Source of the DNA: Anaeromyxobacteraceae bacterium
Lineage (GTDB): Bacteria > Myxococcota > Myxococcia > Myxococcales > Anaeromyxobacteraceae
Direction of reading: 5' to 3'
Assembly (NCBI GenBank): GCA_032654565.1
Contig: JAULAX010000015.1
Coordinates: forward strand, 672,001 to 736,000
Length of the DNA stretch: 64,000 nucleotides
Each line of letters starts with the position of its first letter. The first letter of the stretch is position 1. Both the position numbers and the translations under genes were made by a program. Of this stretch, positions 37,061-49,684 are shown in pieces. The notes under the pieces are model-generated. The model worked only from the letters and a program-made list of their open reading frames with translations. It was not told the origin of the DNA and made no database searches.

Positions 37061-37273
37061 GGCGGTGCTCCTTCAGGGTGGCCGGGATTGGCGGGCCGAT
37101 GCTGCCACGAGCCGGCGGCCCCGGTCCACGCCGCGGGTGGGGTGCGCCGCCTCCCCGCCTGGGAGGGAGGGTGGCCGGCGGCGGGTGCGCGGGCGGCCAG
37201 AAGAAGGCGTGGCGGGAGCCTTCCCAAGTGAACATATACCTTCCCACCCGCCCACCGGCCCGGAGCCACCACC

Positions 37274-39580
37274 ATGATCAGCGACGAGATCCGCACCACC
37301 TTCCCCGGGCTGTTCGGCGTCAAGCGGGTCAACGGCCGCGAGCTCGACGTCGACCAGACCATCGAGACCCTGGCCCGCGAGCTGGAGCCCGGGATCGCCG
37401 CGGCCCTGGCGGCGCGCCGGGCGCTGCTCCAGTCGCCGGCGCCGGTGCGGAGCAAGTACGCCTGGGCCGGCTGGGACGAGACCTTCGAGGACCCGCTGGG
37501 CGGCGCCCCCTGGACCTTCCGCCAGATCGTGCAGGGGCTGGTCGACAACTTCCTCGGGCGCGACACCCCGCGGCGCTGGCGGCTCAACGAGCAGGTGCCC
37601 ATCCCCGCGCACGTCCACCCCGCGCGCAACCCCGGCCTGGAGCTGACCGGGCCGTGGGATCCGCTCGACATGGCCTTCAACGCCCTCAACAGCCCGGCCC
37701 CCATGAACATGCCGGACTTCGAGGACGCCTCGCCGCCCCACTTCCGCCCCGACGGCGCCCCGGCCGGCCAGCCGGTGGCGGTCTTCTCGGCGCTGCAGAA
37801 CGCCACCGAGATCTTCGAGGGGCGCTGGACCGGCAAGCCCTACGAGGTGGTGAAGAAGGGGAAGCCCCGCAGCTACCGGATCACCACCCCGCCGGCGAAG
37901 TGGCCGACGCGGCTGGCGCGGCCGCCCAGCCTGCACGTCCGCTACGACCAGGTCACGGTGGACGGCCGGCCGGCCCCCGGGCTGGTGGTGGTCACCACCC
38001 TCTGGACGCTCAACAACCACGAGGCCCTGGTGGGCGCCGGCAGCGGCGTCTACTTCTACATCCCCAAGCTGCAGACCCCGGCCGAGGCGCTGGTGGTGGA
38101 GCGGCTGCTCTCCCGGCTGGAGGGGCTGATCGGCGTCCCCGCCGGCACCATCAAGATCAAGATGCTCTACGAGGAGGGGAACGCCGGCCGGCAGCTCCCC
38201 GCCATCGCCTGGGTGCTGCGGCGCCGGCTGCTCGGCACCAACGTCGGCCGCTGGGACTACCTGGGGAGCCTCATCGAGCTCTGGAAGGACGACCCGCGGG
38301 GCACCTTCCCCGACCCGCAGTCGATCGGCATGGCCACCCCCAACATGATCGCCTACCAGCGCTACAACGCGCTGCTCATGCTGATGGCCGGCATGAAGGA
38401 CGGCGAGCTCACCCACGCCGCGCCCATCGGCGGCATGGCCGCGGTGATGATCTACCCGGACGGCGATCCCTACGGCCGGGCCCGCTACAACCCGCTGGCG
38501 CTGCGGGCCATGGTGGTCGACAAGCTGCGCGAGCGGCTGCTGGGGCTCTTCTTCGTGCCCGACGGGCCGCTGCCGCCGGGCCGCCAGCCCAGCCTCGCCG
38601 AGATCCTCTCCGGCCAGGTGAAGGGGCGGCTCCACGACGCCTACCGCCAGAGCTGGGTGGCCAGCCCCGAGGCCGAGTACGTCAAGGCCGGCAACCTGCC
38701 GCTGCAGGCCGAGGTGGGCCGGCTCCAGGCCCTCCTCGACGCGCCCCGGGCCACCGTCGACGTCAAGGGGCGGCCGGTGCCGACCCCGCAGAGCGGCCTC
38801 TCCGACGCCGAGCGCGCCCTGCTGCAGTCGCGCGGCCTGCTCGGCCCCGGCGGCCAGATCACCCCGCTGGTCCTGACCCGGGAGCAGCTCGACACCCCGG
38901 AGAAGCTGCTCACCCCGGAGCGCTGGGAGGCCATCTACGCCCCGCCCCAGGGCGAGGTGACCATCGAGCACATCCAGCACGCCCTCTACATGGCCGGCAA
39001 CTACGGCTTCCAGATCCTCAACGGCAACTTCGCCGCCGCCATCGACGACTACGAGCAGGGGCTGCGGTTCATGAACGACCTGGCCACCTACCGCATCAAC
39101 GTCTCCTGGCTCTGGGCGCTGCTCCACCACCAGTCGGAGATCACCCGCGACGGCCACCTGCTCCGCCAGGCCCTCACCGAGGACGGGGTGGTGCTGGGGG
39201 CCAAGGCCCGCGAGATCAAGGCCGGGACCCGCTTCACCCCGGCGCTCTTCGACGAGGTCTGGGAGGCGCACAACGAGTGGACGGCGGCCTTCTTCGCCGA
39301 GCTCGACCGCCGCGGCGATCCCGGGCGGTTCGACCGGAGCAAGGCGCCGCTGATCATGGACCTGCTGCGGCGGCAGCTGCGCTCGCCCCGCTACATCCAG
39401 CACAGCGCCCGGGCCCTCTTCGCGGTGGCCCAGGCCGGCCCGGCCCGGCGCGGCCCGCTGCTCGACGCCATCTTCAGCCCCTCCCGCGAGGCGCTGGTGG
39501 CCAGCGTCCAGGCCGGCACCGCCGACCGGGCCGCCCTGGCCATCCACGACCAGGTGCACGACCAGTCCGGGCCCGGCTAG
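37274..39580 (+). CDS. Divergent, enlarged malate-synthase-like protein
   Basis: MPDFEDA, YFYIPKL, GTIKIKMLYE, GTNVGRWDY, IGGMAA and MNDLAT resemble malate synthase A motifs. Confidence 0.75.
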   Translation: MISDEIRTTFPGLFGVKRVNGRELDVDQTIETLARELEPGIAAALAARRALLQSPAPVRSKYAWAGWDETFEDPLGGAPWTFRQIVQGLVDNFLGRDTPRRWRLNEQVPIPAHVHPARNPGLELTGPWDPLDMAFNALNSPAPMNMPDFEDASPPHFRPDGAPAGQPVAVFSALQNATEIFEGRWTGKPYEVVKKGKPRSYRITTPPAKWPTRLARPPSLHVRYDQVTVDGRPAPGLVVVTTLWTLNNHEALVGAGSGVYFYIPKLQTPAEALVVERLLSRLEGLIGVPAGTIKIKMLYEEGNAGRQLPAIAWVLRRRLLGTNVGRWDYLGSLIELWKDDPRGTFPDPQSIGMATPNMIAYQRYNALLMLMAGMKDGELTHAAPIGGMAAVMIYPDGDPYGRARYNPLALRAMVVDKLRERLLGLFFVPDGPLPPGRQPSLAEILSGQVKGRLHDAYRQSWVASPEAEYVKAGNLPLQAEVGRLQALLDAPRATVDVKGRPVPTPQSGLSDAERALLQSRGLLGPGGQITPLVLTREQLDTPEKLLTPERWEAIYAPPQGEVTIEHIQHALYMAGNYGFQILNGNFAAAIDDYEQGLRFMNDLATYRINVSWLWALLHHQSEITRDGHLLRQALTEDGVVLGAKAREIKAGTRFTPALFDEVWEAHNEWTAAFFAELDRRGDPGRFDRSKAPLIMDLLRRQLRSPRYIQHSARALFAVAQAGPARRGPLLDAIFSPSREALVASVQAGTADRAALAIHDQVHDQSGPG

Positions 39581-39602
39581 GCCGGACCGGGCGCGGCGCC
39601 GC

Positions 39603-41870
39603 TCACCAGCAGGCCTTGCGCTCCAGCAGCGAGCAGGCGGCGTCGCCGTCCACCGGGGGCGAGAAGAAGTAGCCCTGGGCGGCGCTGCAGCCCACCTCGC
39701 GCAGGAACTTGAACTGGTCGGCGGTCTCCACGCCTTCGGCCACCACCGGCTTCCCCATGTCGCGGGCCACCGTCATGATGGTGCGCACCAGCTCGGGGGC
39801 CTCGCCGCGCGGCGCGCCGCCGGAGAAGAGCGAGCGGTCGATCTTGACCGAGTCGCACTCGAACTGGTGGAGCGAGCGGAGCGACGAGGAGCCGGAGCCG
39901 AAGTCGTCCATCAGCAGCCGCACCCCGCGGCCGTGCAGCTGGGCCAGCCGGCGCGGCGAGTCCTCCGACTGGCGCAGCACGCTCTCGCTCAGCTCCAGGG
40001 CCAGGTCGGCCGGCTCCATCTTGTGCTCCTTGACCACGTCGTCGATGTTGTCGAGCAGGTCGCCCTGGAGCAGCTGCTTGGAGGAGAGGTTGACGTGGAG
40101 CATGAGCCGCTTGGCCGAGGAGGCGGCGCGGCAGCGCTGCAGGTCGCGCCCGGCCTGCTGCAGCAGCCAGCGCCCGATGGGGACGATCAGGCCGGTCTCC
40201 TCGGCGAAGGGGACGAACTGGTCGGGGGCCATCATGCCGCGCTTGGGGTGGGCCCAGCGGACCAGCGCCTCCAGCCCCTGGATCAGCCCGGTGGCCACGT
40301 CCACCACCGGCAGGTACTGGATGCGGAACTCCTGCCGCTGCAGGGCGTTGCGCAGGTCGGTCTCCAGGTCGAGGAGCTGCGGGGTGCGCTCGCGCAGGTT
40401 GCCGTCGAAGACCACGACGCGGGCCCGCCCCTGGGCCTTGGCCCGGTACATGGCGGTGTCGGCGTCGAGCAGCAGGTCCTCGGGGCGGCCGTAGGCCGGC
40501 GAGGAGACGGCGATGCCGACGCTGACCGTGGAGAAGACCTCGCGCGGCCCCACCAGGAAGGGCAGCGAGGTGGCCATGCGGATGCGCTCGGCCACCGCCT
40601 CGGCGTCCACCACCCCCTTGACGTCGTCGACCAGGACGGTGAACTCGTCGCCGCCGAGGCGGGCCAGGGTGTCCCCCTCGCGCAGGCAGGTCTGCAGCCG
40701 CCGCGCCGTCTGCGCCAGCAGGTCGTCGCCGGCGGCGTGGCCGAGGCCGTCGTTGACCGACTTGAAGTGGTCGAGGTCGAGGAAGAGGACGGCGAAGGCG
40801 TAGCCCTCGCGCCGCCGGGTGCGGGCGAAGCAGCGCTTCATCAGGTCGAGGAACATGGCCCGGTTGGGCAGCCGGGTGAGCGGGTCGTGCAGGGCGTCGT
40901 GCACCACCCGGTCGGCGGCGGCCCGCCGCTCGGTGACGTCCATCATCGAGCCGCAGAGCCGGACCGCCTTGCCGGCCGGGTCGCGCACCGCCCCGGCCCG
41001 GGCCAGCACCCAGCGCCAGTCGCCGCCCTCGTGGCGGAGCCGGTGCTCGCACTCGAAGCGCTCCGACCCGCCCGCCAGGTGGGCCCGCACGGCCGACTGC
41101 ACCGCCTCGCGGTCCGCCGAGTGGATGCGGTCGAGCCAGTCGCCGGGCGCCCCGGTGCCGTGGGGCAGCCCCACCAGCTGCAGCCAGGTGTCGGAGAGCC
41201 AGAGCCGGTCGGCGCGCAGGTCCCAGTCGAAGAGGCCGTCGCCGGTCCCCTGCCAGGCCACCGCGTAGCGGTCGTCGGAGGCGAAGGGCTCGCGCACCAG
41301 GACGGCGGCGCCCAGCGGCTGGCCGTCCTCGCCCGGCAGCGGCACCACCGTCCACTCGTCGAGCCGGGCCTCGCCGGACTTGCTGGCGGCGACGCGCAGC
41401 GACTGGTCCACCTCGCCGCGCTCCAGGAGCCCCTGCAGCTCGCGCCGCAGCGCCGCCCGGTCCACCTCGGGGAAGAGCAGGTCGCCGAGCTCGCGCCCCA
41501 CCGCCTCCCTGGCGCGGTAGCCGAACTGCCGCTCGGCCGAGCCGTTCCAGGCCAGCACCTCGAGCCGGGGATCGCAGATGAAGGCGGCGAAGGGGGCCCG
41601 CTCGAAGAGCTGGCGCCGCAGGCGGCCCATGGCCCCGGCGCGGGGGCGCGGCGCCGCCGGCTCGGTCGGGGCCAGGGCGGGCGCCGGGGCCGGGGCGGTC
41701 CGGCCGGCCAGGTCGACCACCAGCGCCAGGGCGTGCTGCAGCGCCGCGTGGTCCTGGTCGGCCCGGCGGTACTCCGCCTCCACCTCGGCCCAGAGCCGCT
41801 CCAGCGCCGGGCGCTCGGCCGCCGAGGCGGCGAGGTGGGCGTCGAGCTGGCGGCGGAGGCGGGGGTGCAC
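39603..41870 (-). CDS. PAS-PAS-GGDEF-EAL diguanylate cyclase/phosphodiesterase
   Basis: HDPLTRLPNR, ARLGGDEF, GLEALVRW, DDFGSG, AEGVET. Confidence 0.93.
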   Translation of the reverse strand: MHPRLRRQLDAHLAASAAERPALERLWAEVEAEYRRADQDHAALQHALALVVDLAGRTAPAPAPALAPTEPAAPRPRAGAMGRLRRQLFERAPFAAFICDPRLEVLAWNGSAERQFGYRAREAVGRELGDLLFPEVDRAALRRELQGLLERGEVDQSLRVAASKSGEARLDEWTVVPLPGEDGQPLGAAVLVREPFASDDRYAVAWQGTGDGLFDWDLRADRLWLSDTWLQLVGLPHGTGAPGDWLDRIHSADREAVQSAVRAHLAGGSERFECEHRLRHEGGDWRWVLARAGAVRDPAGKAVRLCGSMMDVTERRAAADRVVHDALHDPLTRLPNRAMFLDLMKRCFARTRRREGYAFAVLFLDLDHFKSVNDGLGHAAGDDLLAQTARRLQTCLREGDTLARLGGDEFTVLVDDVKGVVDAEAVAERIRMATSLPFLVGPREVFSTVSVGIAVSSPAYGRPEDLLLDADTAMYRAKAQGRARVVVFDGNLRERTPQLLDLETDLRNALQRQEFRIQYLPVVDVATGLIQGLEALVRWAHPKRGMMAPDQFVPFAEETGLIVPIGRWLLQQAGRDLQRCRAASSAKRLMLHVNLSSKQLLQGDLLDNIDDVVKEHKMEPADLALELSESVLRQSEDSPRRLAQLHGRGVRLLMDDFGSGSSSLRSLHQFECDSVKIDRSLFSGGAPRGEAPELVRTIMTVARDMGKPVVAEGVETADQFKFLREVGCSAAQGYFFSPPVDGDAACSLLERKACW

Positions 41871-41871
41871 G

Positions 41872-42963
41872 TCAGGCCCGTGGCATGGGCCGGGCGCTCG
41901 GCCCCGGCCTGGCGATGAGGAAGCCCTGGACGAAGTCGGCGCCGCGCTGCCGCGCCCACTCCAGCTCCTGCGGCTGCTCGACCCCCTCGACGATGGTCTG
42001 GATGCCGAGGCCGCGGCCGATCTCCAGCAGCTTGCTGGCGATCAGGTCCTTGACGTGGTCGAGGTGCACGTCCTTGATCAGCTCGCGGTCGAGCTTGATG
42101 AAGTCGGGGCGCAGCCGGTGGACCAGGTTGAGCGTCGACCAGCCGGCGCCGAGGTCGTCGAGGGCCACCCGGAAGCCGTCGCGCCGGTAGCAGTCGAGCA
42201 CGTGGTCGAGGTGCTCGGCGTCCTCGATGCGATCGGCCTCGATGACCTCGAAGACGAAGCGCTGCGGCGCCAGCCCGGCGGCGTCGATGGCCGCCACCGT
42301 GGCCTTCAGGCAGCTCTCGGCGTCGTCCATCATGGCCGGCGAGAAGTTGATGAAGACGGTGACGTCGGCGGCCAGGTGGGCCGACTCGCGGATGGCGCAG
42401 CAGCAGGCGGCCAGGTCGAGCTGCTGGAAGAGGCCGGCCTCGCGGGCCCGCTGCAGGATGGAGAGCGGCTCCAGCGGCTTGCCGTCGCGGCCGCGGCCGC
42501 GCAGCAGGGCCTCGTGGGCGAAGACGTGGCTGGTGTCGAGGGCGTGGACGATGGGGTGGAAGTGGCTGGTGATGCCGCCGGTCTCGAACTGGTCGAGCAG
42601 CCAGCCGGTCTGCACGGCGACGTGCAACTCGTGCAGCGAGGTGATGCGGCCGAAGTCGTCGAGGGTGGGTGGCGCGTCGCCGGGCACGATCAGGGCCCGG
42701 GCCCGCCGGGCCTCGGCCTCGCCGAGGCCGGCCCCGAGGAGGAGCAGGCAGTCCTCCAGCCCGCCCCGGCCGAGCCGCACCTGCAGGCAGGCGCGCGAGG
42801 CGGTGGCCCGGTGCGCGGAAACGCGCAGAAGGTCGGTGGCGCGGGCCAGCGGCGCGGGGCTGGAGAACCAGAGGAGGAGAGATCCAACGGCAGTGAACGA
42901 ATCGGGTTGCGCCGCAGAGTTTGCGGGCTCTTCGGCCGCCTGGCGCCAGAGAAGTGGTTTCAC
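41872..42963 (-). CDS. EAL-domain phosphodiesterase (start uncertain)
   Basis: HEALLR, FINFSP, DDLGAGWS, IKLDR, VEGVE, QGFLIARP. Confidence 0.85.
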   Translation of the reverse strand: MKPLLWRQAAEEPANSAAQPDSFTAVGSLLLWFSSPAPLARATDLLRVSAHRATASRACLQVRLGRGGLEDCLLLLGAGLGEAEARRARALIVPGDAPPTLDDFGRITSLHELHVAVQTGWLLDQFETGGITSHFHPIVHALDTSHVFAHEALLRGRGRDGKPLEPLSILQRAREAGLFQQLDLAACCCAIRESAHLAADVTVFINFSPAMMDDAESCLKATVAAIDAAGLAPQRFVFEVIEADRIEDAEHLDHVLDCYRRDGFRVALDDLGAGWSTLNLVHRLRPDFIKLDRELIKDVHLDHVKDLIASKLLEIGRGLGIQTIVEGVEQPQELEWARQRGADFVQGFLIARPGPSARPMPRA

Positions 42964-43029
42964 TGGCGACCACGCTACCCATATGGGAGCGATATCGCAA
43001 TCAATCGGCCGGGGGGATAAACAGATCAT

Positions 43030-43047
43030 GTCCCGTGATCACGGGAC
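43030..43047. promoter_or_regulatory. Perfect 18-bp palindrome in a divergent promoter region
   Basis: GTCCCGTGATCACGGGAC, flanked by GGATAA...TTATCC. Confidence 0.55.
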
Positions 43048-43135
43048 GTTATCCATTCCGCGGCCAGGTCGGTCGGTCGACGAGCCGACGGCGCATCCCC
43101 GGAGCAGGCGTTAGACCTTGGCCAGGAGGCATTCC

Positions 43136-43537
43136 ATGCAGAGACGATTCGCGTTCGTGGCGACGCTGCTGACCGTGGTCCTTAGCGGCTGGGCCGCACC
43201 GGCCCGGGCCGAGACCGAGCCGTTCGGTCGGCTCGACGTGGCCCAGGTCGAGGCGTTGCTGGGGCGCAAGGACGTGGTGATCTTCGACGTCAACTCGGCC
43301 GGGGTCTACGCCCGGGGACACCTCCCCGGCGCCCGCTGGTCGGGGATGGACGAGGTGGCGCAGAAGCTCCCCGCCGACAAGACGCTGACGCTGGTCTACT
43401 ACTGCCACAACGAGCGTTGACTGGCCTGTCACAGCGCGGCCCGTGTGGCCGCCAAGGCGGGGCACCAGAAGGTCTTCATCATGCCGGCCGGGATCGACGG
43501 CTGGATCAAGGCCGGCAAGAAGGTCGAGCAGGGCTGA
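43136..43537 (+). CDS. Exported rhodanese-domain selenoprotein (Sec at TGA 43418-43420)
   Basis: AGGAGG RBS, signal peptide, GHLPGA, YYCHNER-TGA-LACHSAAR...MPAGIDGWIKAG completes the rhodanese fold across the TGA. Confidence 0.85.
43421..43452 (+). promoter_or_regulatory. Putative bacterial SECIS of the rhodanese gene
   Basis: GCGGCC-CGTGT-GGCCGC hairpin with GU in the loop, 21 nt after the UGA. Confidence 0.65.
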
Positions 43538-43554
43538 CGCGGCCCTGAACGAGG

Positions 43555-43587
43555 CGTCCCCGCCGCGCCGGGTGGCGGGCGGGGACG
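43555..43587. terminator. Hairpin between the convergent rhodanese gene and lctP
   Basis: CGTCCCCGCC ... GGCGGGGACG inverted repeat. Confidence 0.55.
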
Positions 43588-43630
43588 AGGACGACATGGG
43601 CCGGGGAGGGAGCGGCCCCGGCCGGCGGGG

Positions 43631-45279
43631 CTAGCCCGGCACCATCCAGGTGAAGACGTAGGCCTGGAGGAAGACCACCACGCCCACCAGCGCCGCCAGC
43701 GCCAGCGAGTGCCAGAAGACGTAGCGCAGGATCTCGCCCTCCTTGCCGTGCTGGCCGGTGGCCACGCCGGCCACCACGATCGACTGGGCGTCGATCATCT
43801 TTCCCATCACGCCGCCGGAGGAGTTGGAGGCGGCCGCCAGGATGGGGTTCATGCCGATGGCGTTGGCGCTCACCACCTGGAGGTTGCCGAAGAGCACGTT
43901 GGACGAGGTGTCGGAGCCGGTCAGGGCCACGCCCAGCCAGCCCAGCAGCGGCGAGAAGAAGGGGAAGAGCCAGCCGGTGGAGGCGAAGGCCAGCCCCATG
44001 GTGGAGTCGGAGCCGCTCGACTTGGTGACGAAGCCCAGCGCCAGCATGGCGGCGATGGTGAGCAGCGACATGCGGACCCGCTTCAGGGTGCCGAGGTAGG
44101 TGGAGAGCAGCGCCCCCGGCTTCAGCCCCAGCCAGAGCCCGGAGATGATCCCGGAGAGCAGCAGGCCGGTGCCGGTGGCGGAGAGGTAGTTGAAGGTGTA
44201 CTTGGCCGCCTCGGCGCTGACGGCCTTGGCCACCGGCGGCGCCTTGTTGACCAGGTTGTGCAGGTACGGCACCGCCCAGGAGGGCGCGAACATGCCGCCG
44301 TTGACGGTGTTCATCCAGTTCTTCACCGGCACGTAGCCCCAGATGAAGACCACCACCGAGAGCACCAGCCAGGGCATCCAGGCCAGGAAGGCGGAGCCGA
44401 AGCCGTGCGACTTGTGGGCCACCTGCGGGGTGTCACGCTCCTCGGGGAAGCGCCAGGTGGTCTTCGGCTGCCAGACCTTGAGGAAGGCGTAGAGGGCGAC
44501 GATGCAGGAGATGGCGGCGACGATGTCCACCAGCGACGGGCCGTGGAAGTTCGACATCAGGAACTGGGGGATGGCGAAGGCCAGGCCGGCGATCAGGCAG
44601 GCCGGCCAGACCTCGATCATGCCGCGGAAGCCGGACATCTGCCAGATCAGCCAGAAGGGGACGATCATCGAGAAGATGGGGAGCTGCCGGCCCACCATCG
44701 AGGAGAGGGCCATCTCGTTGAGGCCGGTGACCTTGGCCAGGGTGATGATGGGGGTGCCGAGGGCGCCGTAGGCCACCGGGGCGGTGTTGCCGATCAGCGC
44801 CAGGCCGGCGGCGGCCAGCGGCTTGAAGCCGAGGCCGATGAGCATGGCGGCGGAGATGGCCACCGGGGTGCCGAAGCCGGCCGCCCCCTCGATGAAGGCG
44901 CCGAAGGCGAAGGCGATGAGCAGCACCTGGATGCGCCGGTCTCCGGCCAGGCCGCCGATGGTCTCCTTGACCACCTCGAACTTCCCGGTCTTGACGGTGA
45001 TGTCGTAGACGAAGATGGCGTTGAGGACGATCCAGCCGATGGGGAGCAGGCCGAAGGCGGCGCCGTAGCCGGCGGCGGCGGTGGCCGTCGAGGCTGGCAT
45101 GCCGTAGACGAAGACGGCGATGGCCCAGGCCAGCACCAGCCCGAGGATGGCGGCGTAGTGGGCCTTGACGTGGAAGAAGGCGAGGGCGCCGAGCAGCACC
45201 ACCACCGGGAGCGAGGCGATCACCGCCGAGATGAGCAGGTTTCCTACGGGGACGTAGTTCTGTGTCCAGGCCAACGGGT

Positions 45280-45283
<4 letters not shown>
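43631..45283 (-). CDS. lctP: L-lactate permease
   Basis: [43 protein letters not shown]. Confidence 0.93.
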
Positions 45284-48120
<2,837 letters not shown>

Positions 48121-48176
48121 GGTCGTCTCGGCAGGCAGTGGAGCACGGCCAACGTGGGGCGGCGGGACGACCGGGG

Positions 48177-48205
48177 CCACCGGTCGCCCGAGGCGCGCGA
48201 CCGGC
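48177..48205 (-). promoter_or_regulatory. Putative LytTR-type direct-repeat box upstream of dld-lctP
   Basis: GCCGGTCG-N13-ACCGGTGG; same architecture as the box upstream of lutA. Confidence 0.45.
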
Positions 48206-48217
48206 ATCCAAGCTGCC

Positions 48218-48898
48218 CTAACCGGCGGGACGCGGCGCAGCTACGCCGCGCTGCGGCAGCGAGGCGAGCAGCGCCTCCGTCGAGACCACCCTGGCGTAGG
48301 CGCCGTCCATGGCCGCCAGCGCCGCGGCGTGCACCTGCGCGGCGGGCACCTCCACGCCGCCGAAGGCCAGCGACCGGGAGGCGCAGGCGTCGTGCACCAC
48401 GGTGACCTGGAAGCCGAGGTCGCTGGCGGCGCGGGTGGCCGCCTCCACGCACATCTGGGTCTGCATCCCGACGATGACCAGCCGGGTGGTGCCGAGCCGG
48501 CGCAGGGTGGCGAGGAGCTCGGTGTCGCGGAAGGCGTTGGCCTCGCGCTTGCCGATGACCGGCTCGCCGGGGCGCGGCATGACGTTGGGGTGGGCGCGGT
48601 AGGCTTCGTCGCCGGCGTCCGGGCTGGGCCCCACCTGGCCCCGGGCGAGGTGGAGCACGTGGACCACCGGCCAGCCGCGGGCGCGGAAGGCCTCCAGCAG
48701 CGCCCGGGCCTTCAGGCTCGCCTCCACCGGCCCGGTGAGCGGGAGCTTGCCGCCCGGGAAGTAGAAGTTCTGCACGTCGATGATCACCAGCGTGGCGGGC
48801 TGGGCGGGTGCGGCGGGCGCCTCGGGCGGGGCCCCGGCGCCTGGGATCGGAAGGGCGGCGACGAGCACGGCGAGGGCGGCGACGGTGAGCGGGCGCAT
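48218..48898 (-). CDS. Isochorismatase-family cysteine hydrolase with a signal peptide
   Basis: IIDVQN, K...NAFRDT, GMQTQMCVEAATR. Confidence 0.87.
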   Translation of the reverse strand: MRPLTVAALAVLVAALPIPGAGAPPEAPAAPAQPATLVIIDVQNFYFPGGKLPLTGPVEASLKARALLEAFRARGWPVVHVLHLARGQVGPSPDAGDEAYRAHPNVMPRPGEPVIGKREANAFRDTELLATLRRLGTTRLVIVGMQTQMCVEAATRAASDLGFQVTVVHDACASRSLAFGGVEVPAAQVHAAALAAMDGAYARVVSTEALLASLPQRGVAAPRPAG

Positions 48899-48946
48899 GG
48901 CCGGTGAGGATGGCACGGGAGGAGGCCGCAGCGCGAGGTGGCGCGA

Positions 48947-49654
48947 TCAGACGCCGAGCCGCTGCTTGAGCAGCGGCAGGAAGCGGCGGCTCACCGGGAC
49001 CAGCCGGCCGGAGCGGGTCCGCACCGTGGAGCCGTCCTCGTCGCCGAGCAGGATCTCCACCACCCGCTCGACGTTGACCAGGTGCTGCTTGTGGACCCGC
49101 AGGAAGCCGGCCCGCTCCTCGAGGACCCGCAGGGTGAGGTCGGTGAAGTGCTCGCCGCCGGCGGTGATCACGTAGACCCCGGCCTCGGAGGAGCGGACCG
49201 CCTCGACCTCGTCGAGGTCGACCAGCCGGATGCTGCGCGCCCCCTGGCAGGGGATGCGCCGGATGGCCGGGGCCAGCGCCGCCGGCGGCGCCTGCCCGAG
49301 GCCGCGCCGGAGCCGCTCCACCGTCCGGGCCAGCCGCTCCGGCTCCACCGGCTTGAGCAGGTAGTCGACCGCGTTGGCCTCGAAGGCCTTGACCGCGAAG
49401 GCGTCGTGGGCGGTCACGAAGACCACCGGCGGCAGGTCGTCGGGGTCGAGCAGCGAGAGCAGCTCGAAGCCGCTCACCGCCGGCATCTGCACGTCGAGGA
49501 AGAGCACGTCGGGGCGCAGGGCGCGGAGGGCGGGGATGGCGGCCACGGCGTCGGCGCAGGTGGCCACCACCTCCACCGCGCCGGTCTCGCCGAGCAGCGC
49601 CGCCAGCTCCTCGCGGGCGTGGACCTCGTCGTCGACCACCAGCGCCCGGATCAT
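48947..49654 (-). CDS. LytTR-family response regulator (BtsR/YehT-like)
   Basis: VVDDE, FLDVQMP, AVDYLLKP, FLRVHKQHLVN, VPVSRR. Confidence 0.92.
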   Translation of the reverse strand: MIRALVVDDEVHAREELAALLGETGAVEVVATCADAVAAIPALRALRPDVLFLDVQMPAVSGFELLSLLDPDDLPPVVFVTAHDAFAVKAFEANAVDYLLKPVEPERLARTVERLRRGLGQAPPAALAPAIRRIPCQGARSIRLVDLDEVEAVRSSEAGVYVITAGGEHFTDLTLRVLEERAGFLRVHKQHLVNVERVVEILLGDEDGSTVRTRSGRLVPVSRRFLPLLKQRLGV

Positions 49655-49684
49655 CGTCGGCGTCCCCCTCCCCGGGGCAGGAAC

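Noticed and set aside
42880..43135. c-di-GMP riboswitch in the AT-enriched region near the EAL genes
   Set aside because: The GEMM motif elements were not found in the required arrangement.
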